Virus record (IMG/VR): IMGVR_UViG_3300001765_000263
Coordinates: 1-64,000 of that record
Length of the DNA: 64,000 nt
From: a virus
Lineage: Duplodnaviria; Heunggongvirae; Uroviricota; Caudoviricetes
Strand: one strand, 5' to 3'
The number at the start of each line of letters is the position of its first letter. The stretch's first letter is position 1. The notes under the pieces are model-generated. The model had not been told where the DNA came from. It ran no database searches and saw only the letters and a list, made by a program, of their open reading frames with translations. The translations under genes were made by a program, and so were the position numbers. Positions 56,548 to 64,000 of this stretch are shown here, in pieces.

Positions 56548-59500
56548 ATGATAATAGAAGACATTGCAACTAATATTGGTTCAGTAACCCAAACAATATT
56601 AAATGGTAAACTATTTACATTAGGTAATACAACATATGCAGCATATGGGGGCAAAAAATACACATACCTTAACTTACTAGATTCGAGTGCAAACTTTACT
56701 TCTTTACATGCTCATAGTGATATAATCTTTGCATTGACCAGTAATAATTGGTTATGGGGATTTGGGAATAATGCATATGGACAATTGGGACTAGGCGACA
56801 CCACTTATAGATCATCGCCAGTGCAGGTTGGGGCATTAAGTGATTGGAGTAAGGTTTCCCCTGCTAAATTTAGTACAATAGCGATTAAAACAAATGGTAC
56901 ATTGTGGAGTTGGGGCAATAACACCAATGGACAATTGGGACAAAGCAATAATATTTCTAGATCATCACCAACTCAAGTTGGGGCATTAAGTGATTGGAGT
57001 AAGGTTGCTTGTGGATATTATACAACTCAGGCTATTAAAACAGATGGCACATTATGGGGATGGGGAGGAAATAATTATGGACATCTAGGACTAGGCGACA
57101 CTATTATTAGATCATCGCCAGTGCAGGTTGGGGCATTAAGTGATTGGAGTAAGGTTGCTTGTGGTTCTTATCATACTATTGCAATTAAAACAGATGGTAC
57201 TTTGTGGTCTTGTGGATATAATAATACTGGTCAATTGGGACATGGAAATAGAATTCATAGATCATCACCTATTCAAGTAGGATCGTTAAGCGATTGGAAT
57301 ATTATTGGATGCAGTACATCCAGTTCATATTTTTATAATAATAGTGATGTGTTATATGCGTGTGGGACAACTAATAATCCTGGTCAAACAAATGTACAAA
57401 GATCATTACCTACACAATTGGGGTCATTTAAATCAGCATTGAGACCAATGTTAGATATTAAAAGCAATACCACACAGATTGTTCCAATGTTCATTTTAAA
57501 CAATATTGGAGAAAATAAAAAAACATTAACCTCTTGGAATGGATACCTCGGTGACGGAAATTCAAGCACTAACACACAAATTTATATAGAAGAGAATATG
57601 AGTTGGAGAGATGCAACTCGATTCAGTTCATCAGATATTGTTACAATAGATTCATCTGGAAGATTATGGAAAACTAATCTTTGGACACAAACAGACGTTT
57701 CTTCTCCTGTACAACTTGGTTCATTATCAAATTGGGAAAAATTGGGAAAAACCAATCAAGAATTAATTTCAACCAAAGATGTGTCTTACGTTAGTAACAA
57801 TTTAGGAGAATTATATTATTTTGGAAAAAACATTGATTATGCAGATAAATCAACTGCTTCTTATTTTACTGAACCATTTCATATAGATCCAGATGGTAAT
57901 GAAAGAACATCATATAGATTCATTATAAAAAACGATAATACATTATGGGGGTGTGGATATAACGACTCCAACTATACTCTTTCTATTATAGATGCTGCAC
58001 ATAGATCTTCCCCAACACAAGTTGGCTCATTAAGTGATTGGATGAAAATAGATGAATCATTCTCTTCAGTTTTCTCTGTTAAAACTGATGGAACATTATG
58101 GACGTGGGGTGATAATTTTTATGGTCAATTAGGATTGGGTGATACAATCCATAGATCATCACCAGTACAAGTCGGCAATTCACTGAATTGGATTAAAATA
58201 AGTGGTGGATTTGCAATCAACACTGATAGAACTTTATGGAGTCTAGGAGGGGAAAATAGTCAAGGGCAATTGGGACTTGGTGACACTATATCTAGATCAT
58301 CGCCAACACAAGTTGGATCATTGAATGACTGGCATCATATTAGTAGTAATAGTCTTCAGACGTTTGCAGTGTCCATAAAAGGAACATTATGGACGTGGGG
58401 GTACAATTTCATTGGTGTTCTTGGTGTTGGTGATACAATCCATAGATCATCTCCAACTCAAGTTGGATCATTGAGCGATTGGTTACACTGTAAAATATAT
58501 TCTGATGATAGTTCAATAAGCACACTTATATTAAAATATAATGGCACATTATGGTTATGGGGTGGTAATGGATATGGGAACTTAGGATTGGGTGATACAA
58601 TCCATAGATCATCTCCAACTCAAGTTGGATCATTGAGCGATTGGTGTACAATTTCTTCTTCGTCTGCCGTTAAAACCAATGGCACATTATGGACATGGGG
58701 TTTTAATACATATGGTGGATTGGGTTTAGGTGATACAATCCACAGATCATCTCCAACTCAAGTTGGATCATTGAGCGATTGGAAAGAAATTTTAAGTTTT
58801 GATAAAATATGCAAACAAAATGGCACATTGTGGGTATGCGGATATAATGGTACTGGTCAATTAGGATTGGGTGATACAATCCATAGATCATCACCAACAC
58901 AAGTTGGAACATTAAATAATTGGAATTTCCCTAAAGTAAAAGAAATACAAATTTTTGGTGATGACAATATAACGATCAGGGAGGATAACTCCGTGTTTTT
59001 TACAGGGTCAGATTTCCATACAACATTTTCTGAGGAAGTTCCACTTACAACACAAAAAAGATTTTATGAAATTGACGACAATGTAATTACGTGCCAAGGG
59101 ATTACGTACACAAAAAGTGATAATTCGATGTATATATGCCCGTCTTACGGTTTTAATTTTGTTGGATATTTTTTTCCATACTACGACAGAAATTATAAAA
59201 TTTCTAATACATTAAAATGGAAAAAAATGATTCATAGGAGTGGTAACTGTTCTGTGGCAATTGATAGTGACGATAAAATATATCAAAGTGGAGTACAAAG
59301 TTCTGGACTAGCAACTCCAACTGGATCATACACAAAAATAGGAAATGATACATGGAGTGATGTTGGTATTACAAATGATTATAGTGTCATATCTGCTGTT
59401 AAAACGAACGGAACGTTGTGGTCATGGGGACTTGGGATTTATGGGTGTTTAGGATTAGGCGACACTATATCTAGATCGTCACCAGTTCAAGTTGGAACAT

Positions 59501-60363
59501 TAAGTGATTGGAGTAAGGTTGTTGGTTCTAGAAGAAGTTTTGCATTTTTAAAAACGAATGGCACATTATGGACATGTGGGTATAACTTAACCGGTTGTTT
59601 GGGATTGGGGTTAGGTGACACTGCATCTAGATCATCTCCAACTCAAGTTGGAACATTGAGTGATTGGAGTAAAATTAGTACAAAAGGGGAGTATGATTTT
59701 GCTTTTTACAATGCATCAAATACTTATGTTACTGGTGAGTTAAAAACATATTTTGGTGTGTCTGGTATCGGTACGCTTTCACCTGTCGGGTTATATTCTG
59801 ATATAGATGGAAATTTAGCGTTAAAACCAAATGGAGAATTATATTATCTTAATGATGTTTCTCCAATAAGAATAGGATCAAGTTCTAATTGGGTTAAAAT
59901 ATCAGATGGTCTTGCAGTAAACAGTGATAAAAAAGTTTTTAGTTATACTACTTATTCAAAGAAAGCAAAGAATAAAAAATGGAATAAACAAGCAAAATCG
60001 ATTAGTGTTGGTGGATTAGACACACCGTTTTTATGTACAGTAACAACAGACAGCACATTGTGGAGTTGGGGGTATAATCAATATGGAACGTTAGGAGTTG
60101 GGGATCAAGTCCATAGATCATCTCCAACTCAAGTCGGCACATTGAGTGATTGGAGTAAAGTTGCTTGTGGCACTCAACATGCTGCTGCTCTCAAAACAGA
60201 TGGCACTTTATGGGCATGGGGATATAATAGTTATGGACAACTATCTAGTACTGGTCTTTCTTCTAACTCGACTGCTGCATCTCCTGCACAAATGGGAAGT
60301 TTGTCTATATGGCAAAATGTATGGTGTATGGATGCAGCAATTATAGGCGAGGTAATCAAATGA
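56548..60363 (+). CDS. giant RCC1-like repeat protein (1271 aa)
   Basis: ATG 2 nt after the previous stop. About 20 blades. Confidence 0.65.
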   Translation: MIIEDIATNIGSVTQTILNGKLFTLGNTTYAAYGGKKYTYLNLLDSSANFTSLHAHSDIIFALTSNNWLWGFGNNAYGQLGLGDTTYRSSPVQVGALSDWSKVSPAKFSTIAIKTNGTLWSWGNNTNGQLGQSNNISRSSPTQVGALSDWSKVACGYYTTQAIKTDGTLWGWGGNNYGHLGLGDTIIRSSPVQVGALSDWSKVACGSYHTIAIKTDGTLWSCGYNNTGQLGHGNRIHRSSPIQVGSLSDWNIIGCSTSSSYFYNNSDVLYACGTTNNPGQTNVQRSLPTQLGSFKSALRPMLDIKSNTTQIVPMFILNNIGENKKTLTSWNGYLGDGNSSTNTQIYIEENMSWRDATRFSSSDIVTIDSSGRLWKTNLWTQTDVSSPVQLGSLSNWEKLGKTNQELISTKDVSYVSNNLGELYYFGKNIDYADKSTASYFTEPFHIDPDGNERTSYRFIIKNDNTLWGCGYNDSNYTLSIIDAAHRSSPTQVGSLSDWMKIDESFSSVFSVKTDGTLWTWGDNFYGQLGLGDTIHRSSPVQVGNSLNWIKISGGFAINTDRTLWSLGGENSQGQLGLGDTISRSSPTQVGSLNDWHHISSNSLQTFAVSIKGTLWTWGYNFIGVLGVGDTIHRSSPTQVGSLSDWLHCKIYSDDSSISTLILKYNGTLWLWGGNGYGNLGLGDTIHRSSPTQVGSLSDWCTISSSSAVKTNGTLWTWGFNTYGGLGLGDTIHRSSPTQVGSLSDWKEILSFDKICKQNGTLWVCGYNGTGQLGLGDTIHRSSPTQVGTLNNWNFPKVKEIQIFGDDNITIREDNSVFFTGSDFHTTFSEEVPLTTQKRFYEIDDNVITCQGITYTKSDNSMYICPSYGFNFVGYFFPYYDRNYKISNTLKWKKMIHRSGNCSVAIDSDDKIYQSGVQSSGLATPTGSYTKIGNDTWSDVGITNDYSVISAVKTNGTLWSWGLGIYGCLGLGDTISRSSPVQVGTLSDWSKVVGSRRSFAFLKTNGTLWTCGYNLTGCLGLGLGDTASRSSPTQVGTLSDWSKISTKGEYDFAFYNASNTYVTGELKTYFGVSGIGTLSPVGLYSDIDGNLALKPNGELYYLNDVSPIRIGSSSNWVKISDGLAVNSDKKVFSYTTYSKKAKNKKWNKQAKSISVGGLDTPFLCTVTTDSTLWSWGYNQYGTLGVGDQVHRSSPTQVGTLSDWSKVACGTQHAAALKTDGTLWAWGYNSYGQLSSTGLSSNSTAASPAQMGSLSIWQNVWCMDAAIIGEVIK

Positions 60364-62438
60364 CATACAAAGGAATTAACTTCGTCAATAAGAGTATATT
60401 TGAGAAAGAAGGGTATTTAGTAGCATCGAGTAGATATGATTCTATTGAGTTACCAAGATTAGTTCCAGATATAATTGATCATTCTTATGGTCCTCTCAGT
60501 GAGATTTACATAAAAACGAATGGTACAATGTGGGCATGTGGATATAATGGACCGTGGGGAAAGTTAGGAATTGGTACAGCAGGGGATTATACAGAACGAT
60601 ATTCTTCTCCTATTCAAGTTGGGACATTAAGTACATGGGAAAAGATAACCGTTAGTTGGGGTGCTTCTTTTGCAATCAAAACCAACGGCACATTATGGTC
60701 ATGGGGGGATAATGAATATGGAAGTTTATGTCATGGTGACACAGTTCATAGATCATCACCAACACAGGTTGGATCGTTAAGTACGTGGTCTAGAGTGTGG
60801 AATGAATTTGGAAATTTTATTGCAACAAAAACGAATGGTACATTATGGGTGTGTGGAGATAATTCTGATGGGAAATTAGGTTTAGGAAACACTATTAATA
60901 GGTCGTCCCCAGTTCAAGTTGGGGCATTAAGTGACTGGAGTCAGATATCAGGTTCCGGTGGTAAAGTAGTTGCTATTAAAACAACTGGCACGTTATGGAC
61001 ATGGGGCAAGAATGATGGTTATAATAATTTAGGTCTTGGTGATACTATTAATAGATCATCCCCTACACAGGTTGGAACATTGAGCAACTGGAGTGCAATA
61101 GGGTTGAATGGAGATTTTACAATAATGTTAAAATCGACTGGCACATTATGGTTTTGTGGATATGCTTTTAATAATGTTTTTTATAGTGAAAATAAATCAT
61201 CCCCTGTTCAGGTTGGTACATCAAGTGATTGGAGTCAAATATATGTGACTAATATTAATTCTATTCTTGGTATTAAAACGAATGGGACATTATGGAGAAT
61301 TGGAGAAGACCCCATTTTTTATGGGGAAGTTACAGATAATAATGGTGTTCAGACTGGAACATTAAGTGATTGGGGAAGTTTTAAAGGAAGTCATAGTAAT
61401 ACGTTGATTAAAAAGACAAACAATACTTTTTGGAATTATGATTTTGATGGAGTATTTCACCCAATAAATGATAAAGAGGGTAATATCACTGCTTTATTGT
61501 CAAGAAAATATAACACAAGCAATATTAATATTTCTGATATGTATCGTCTTCAAGAAAGTTCTTTTTTAATATTTGAGGATACAAGAATATTGGTTGGAGG
61601 AGTAAATTCTTACGGACAATTAGGATTAGGTCATACCAGTTTTGTTACCACTCCAGTACAGTTAGGGGAAATAAACGAATGGAAATTTGGGTATTTTTCT
61701 TCACAGTTTTTGATGTCTGTCTTTTTAAAAATGAACGGCACTTTATGGACTTGTGGTTATAACAATTTTGGACAATTGGGACTTGGTGACAACCTTGCTA
61801 GATCATCACCAGTACAGGTTGGGACATTAAGTGACTGGAGTAAAATTGGTGAAACATATGTAACTAGAACAGACAATTCTGTATGGGTATGGGGTTGGAA
61901 TATTGACGGAAAATTGGGACTTGGTGACACTATTGATAGATTATCACCAGTACAGTTAGGAATAAAAAACGAATGGGATAAAATAGTATCTAACGGACGT
62001 ATGTCAGTGTTACTCAAAACAAATGGCAATTTATGGACATGTGGTTATAACAATTTTGGACAATTGGGACTTGGTGACACCATTCATAGATCATCACCTG
62101 TACAAGTTGGAACATTAAGTGACTGGAGTAAAATTAGTGGAGCTGGAGTGAGCATATTTGCATTGAAAACTAACAATACATTATGGGCATGTGGATATAA
62201 TTATAATGGGCATTTAGGATTGGGAGACACTATCCATAGATCATCTCCTACACAAGTTGGAACATTAAGTGATTGGTATGATACATACGGCAACTATGCT
62301 GTAAAAACCGATGGTACGTTGTGGTGTATTAACAATTCTTTAGTGTCAAGTCCAATACAAGTTGGGAAGTCTTTTAATTGGGTCAAACCAATCAGTACTG
62401 GAACTATATGGGGGCAATATATCGGATTAGCGAAGTGA
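60360..62438 (+). CDS. RCC1-like repeat protein (about 692 aa)
   Basis: ATG at 60360 overlaps the upstream TGA (ATGA), with GAGGT 8 nt upstream. The track's 60309 start would overlap the previous gene by 54 nt. Confidence 0.6.
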   Translation: MTYKGINFVNKSIFEKEGYLVASSRYDSIELPRLVPDIIDHSYGPLSEIYIKTNGTMWACGYNGPWGKLGIGTAGDYTERYSSPIQVGTLSTWEKITVSWGASFAIKTNGTLWSWGDNEYGSLCHGDTVHRSSPTQVGSLSTWSRVWNEFGNFIATKTNGTLWVCGDNSDGKLGLGNTINRSSPVQVGALSDWSQISGSGGKVVAIKTTGTLWTWGKNDGYNNLGLGDTINRSSPTQVGTLSNWSAIGLNGDFTIMLKSTGTLWFCGYAFNNVFYSENKSSPVQVGTSSDWSQIYVTNINSILGIKTNGTLWRIGEDPIFYGEVTDNNGVQTGTLSDWGSFKGSHSNTLIKKTNNTFWNYDFDGVFHPINDKEGNITALLSRKYNTSNINISDMYRLQESSFLIFEDTRILVGGVNSYGQLGLGHTSFVTTPVQLGEINEWKFGYFSSQFLMSVFLKMNGTLWTCGYNNFGQLGLGDNLARSSPVQVGTLSDWSKIGETYVTRTDNSVWVWGWNIDGKLGLGDTIDRLSPVQLGIKNEWDKIVSNGRMSVLLKTNGNLWTCGYNNFGQLGLGDTIHRSSPVQVGTLSDWSKISGAGVSIFALKTNNTLWACGYNYNGHLGLGDTIHRSSPTQVGTLSDWYDTYGNYAVKTDGTLWCINNSLVSSPIQVGKSFNWVKPISTGTIWGQYIGLAK

Positions 62439-62446
62439 TATAAATA
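62439..62446 (+). promoter_or_regulatory. T4-type late-promoter-like box, TATAAATA
   Basis: Exact TATAAATA immediately after the stop of the last RCC1 gene, 39 nt upstream of the ATG at 62485. Confidence 0.3.
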
Positions 62447-62484
62447 ACCATGTGATTGACGTTTAACTTTACTTTGGAGACATT

Positions 62485-63264
62485 ATGCAAAAGATACATT
62501 TCATATCGGGTCTGCCCCGTTCAGGCACTACTTTGTTGTCATCTATTCTTGGACAAAACCCAAGATTCTCATCATCGATTTCTGGTCCAGTAGCACGATT
62601 CACACGTGCCATCATTGAAGAGTCACAATCCCAAGGTGGATACAGATTCCAATGTCCTGCAGAAAAACGCAAAGAACTTATTCACAATGTCATTGATACC
62701 TACTACAACAAATCGAATGAAGTAGTGTTTGATACTAATCGTGGTTGGACATATATGATGCCACTGTTGGCAGATCTTTACCCAAAGGCAAAAGTTGTTT
62801 GTTGCATTCGTTCTATTCCATGGATTCTGGATTCGTTTGAACAGTTATTCGCAAAGAATCCATATGATGTGCCACTCATGTTTCCTCAAGGTGCAGGTGT
62901 GTCAGTGTATTCAAGAACCTCATATTTACTTTCCCAAGATGCCTTTATTGGGTTTGCATATAACGGAGTCAAGCAAGCAATGTTTGGTCCTGCTAAACAA
63001 AATCTGCATATCATTCAATACGATCAGTTGGCAAAGAATCCAAAGGGTGTGGTGAAACGTCTGTATGAATTTATTGGCGAACCTTGGTATGAGCATGACT
63101 TCAATAATGTTGATGTGAATTATGACGAGTTTGATACTGATATGAATATCAAGGGTCTGCATCATGTGCGTAAAAAGGTTGAGTTCAAAGAACGTCCTAC
63201 CATTCTTCCACCTGATGTTTTCAATGAATATGAAAAACTTGACTTTTGGAAACATATGAGATGA
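62485..63264 (+). CDS. sulfotransferase-family protein
   Basis: GLPRSGTTLL is a PAPS 5'-phosphosulfate-binding P-loop (PKSGTT type). The size and layout fit the cytosolic/carbohydrate sulfotransferase fold. GGAGA RBS. Confidence 0.6.
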   Translation: MQKIHFISGLPRSGTTLLSSILGQNPRFSSSISGPVARFTRAIIEESQSQGGYRFQCPAEKRKELIHNVIDTYYNKSNEVVFDTNRGWTYMMPLLADLYPKAKVVCCIRSIPWILDSFEQLFAKNPYDVPLMFPQGAGVSVYSRTSYLLSQDAFIGFAYNGVKQAMFGPAKQNLHIIQYDQLAKNPKGVVKRLYEFIGEPWYEHDFNNVDVNYDEFDTDMNIKGLHHVRKKVEFKERPTILPPDVFNEYEKLDFWKHMR

Positions 63265-64000
63265 ATCGGTTGGAGCTAATAAAAAATGCTCTAGCCATAG
63301 GAAATCATCAGTATGCAAATAAAGTTTTAACAGTATTAGAGCAGGAAAATCATCCAGAGGTTCATCTATTGCGTGAAGCATATGATGAACTTGTGGGTGA
63401 TGTATATTGGGAATCTGGAGAACTCTTGAAAGCGTTTTCCATTTACCAAAACAAAAGTCAGCAACAATCCAAACAGTTCTTGGGTTATGACCATGGAGTA
63501 ATAGAAAATCATACTACACGGTCATTGAGTTATAACCCTGCGTTTTTGTTCGACTACAAAAAACATGGATTCGAGGATGACAAATATTGGAATGGTCAAG
63601 ATCTAACAGGGAAGACCTTATTGATTCTGACTGAAGCAGGGTACGGAGACGAGATAATTTTTCTGAGTTTTATCCGACCACTTTTGGAACAGAATTGCAA
63701 GATTGTTGTTTTGTGTTCTGAAGGATTGCAATCCATAGTCGAGCGTAGTTTTAGTATTGAAACTTCATCAGTCTCAAATGTTAAACCACATGATTATTGG
63801 ATTGACATTTTTAAACTGCCAGTCATTTTGGGTATCAGTAAACCAGATATCACACCCTATATTTGTTCTAGTCCAAATTTAGCCTATTACTATGACTTAT
63901 CACCTCTGAATAGTCTAAAAATAGGCTTGCGCTGGCATGGTGATACTCCTAAAGCAGTGATTAAACCACTAAGTTATCTTGTTGATGCATTCAAACCATT
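63261..64000 (+). CDS. TPR-like N-terminus followed by a glycosyltransferase family 9 (heptosyltransferase)-like domain. Partial; runs off the window. Not in the ORF track.
   Basis: ATG at 63261 overlaps the sulfotransferase TGA (ATGA). ...GKTLLILTEAGYGDEIIFLSFIRPLLEQNCKIVVLCSEGL resembles the GT9 N-terminal motif (IRxxALGDxL...P.L..LK). Confidence 0.4.
   Translation, partial: MNRLELIKNALAIGNHQYANKVLTVLEQENHPEVHLLREAYDELVGDVYWESGELLKAFSIYQNKSQQQSKQFLGYDHGVIENHTTRSLSYNPAFLFDYKKHGFEDDKYWNGQDLTGKTLLILTEAGYGDEIIFLSFIRPLLEQNCKIVVLCSEGLQSIVERSFSIETSSVSNVKPHDYWIDIFKLPVILGISKPDITPYICSSPNLAYYYDLSPLNSLKIGLRWHGDTPKAVIKPLSYLVDAFKP

Noticed and set aside
47895-62438. A CRISPR array or satellite-like repeat as an explanation for the highly periodic RCC1-gene DNA
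   Set aside because: The periodicity is about 150-165 bp, it is imperfect, and it is entirely in frame within long ORFs that encode canonical beta-propeller blades. There are no short identical direct repeats separated by unique spacers, and no cas genes.

Overview
This window looks like a structural/baseplate block from a T4-like (Tevenvirinae-type) myovirus. It is AT-rich (roughly 36% GC by eye), genes are tightly packed, and many adjacent genes overlap at their start/stop codons (ATGA). All homologies below are motif comparisons from memory, not database searches.

Layout:
- About 1-4.4 kb: small early-type genes, including an SPFH lipoprotein, a prepilin-like protein, zinc-ribbon miniproteins and an Asp/Asn beta-hydroxylase-like oxygenase.
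- 4538-5404: a clear gp32 ssDNA-binding protein, with an exact TATAAATA late-promoter-like box, tandem decamer repeats upstream and a hairpin terminator downstream.
- 5.5-10.9 kb, minus strand: a baseplate-hub operon with a gp29-like low-complexity hub/tape-measure protein, a small Zn-binding hub protein, a tail-tube-fold gp48/54 homologue, two unassigned proteins and a Zn ribbon.
- From about 11 kb, plus strand: a gp48/54-like protein, gp53, a gp27-like hub, a gp5-like central spike carrying a C-terminal peptidase M15 domain, a gp5.4 PAAR tip, gp25, gp6, a 2372-aa gp7 homologue and gp8.
- About 30.4-47.9 kb: a mosaic set of giant fibre or baseplate-appendage proteins that share shuffled modules.
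- 47.9-62.4 kb: about 14.5 kb of back-to-back paralogous RCC1-like beta-propeller repeat proteins. RCC1 blades also occur in four other genes.
- 62.4-64.0 kb: a sulfotransferase and a partial glycosyltransferase-like gene behind another TATAAATA box.

The most unusual content is:
- the very large RCC1-repeat paralogue family, with signs of gene conversion and one frame-disrupted copy flanked by a 113/117-bp direct repeat;
- a radical-SAM/SPASM maturase sitting among the fibre genes, with a Cys/Gly-rich candidate target in a neighbouring giant protein;
- a set of other putative modifying enzymes (hydroxylase, sulfotransferase, glycosyltransferase).

No tRNA, CRISPR array, integrase or reverse transcriptase was seen.
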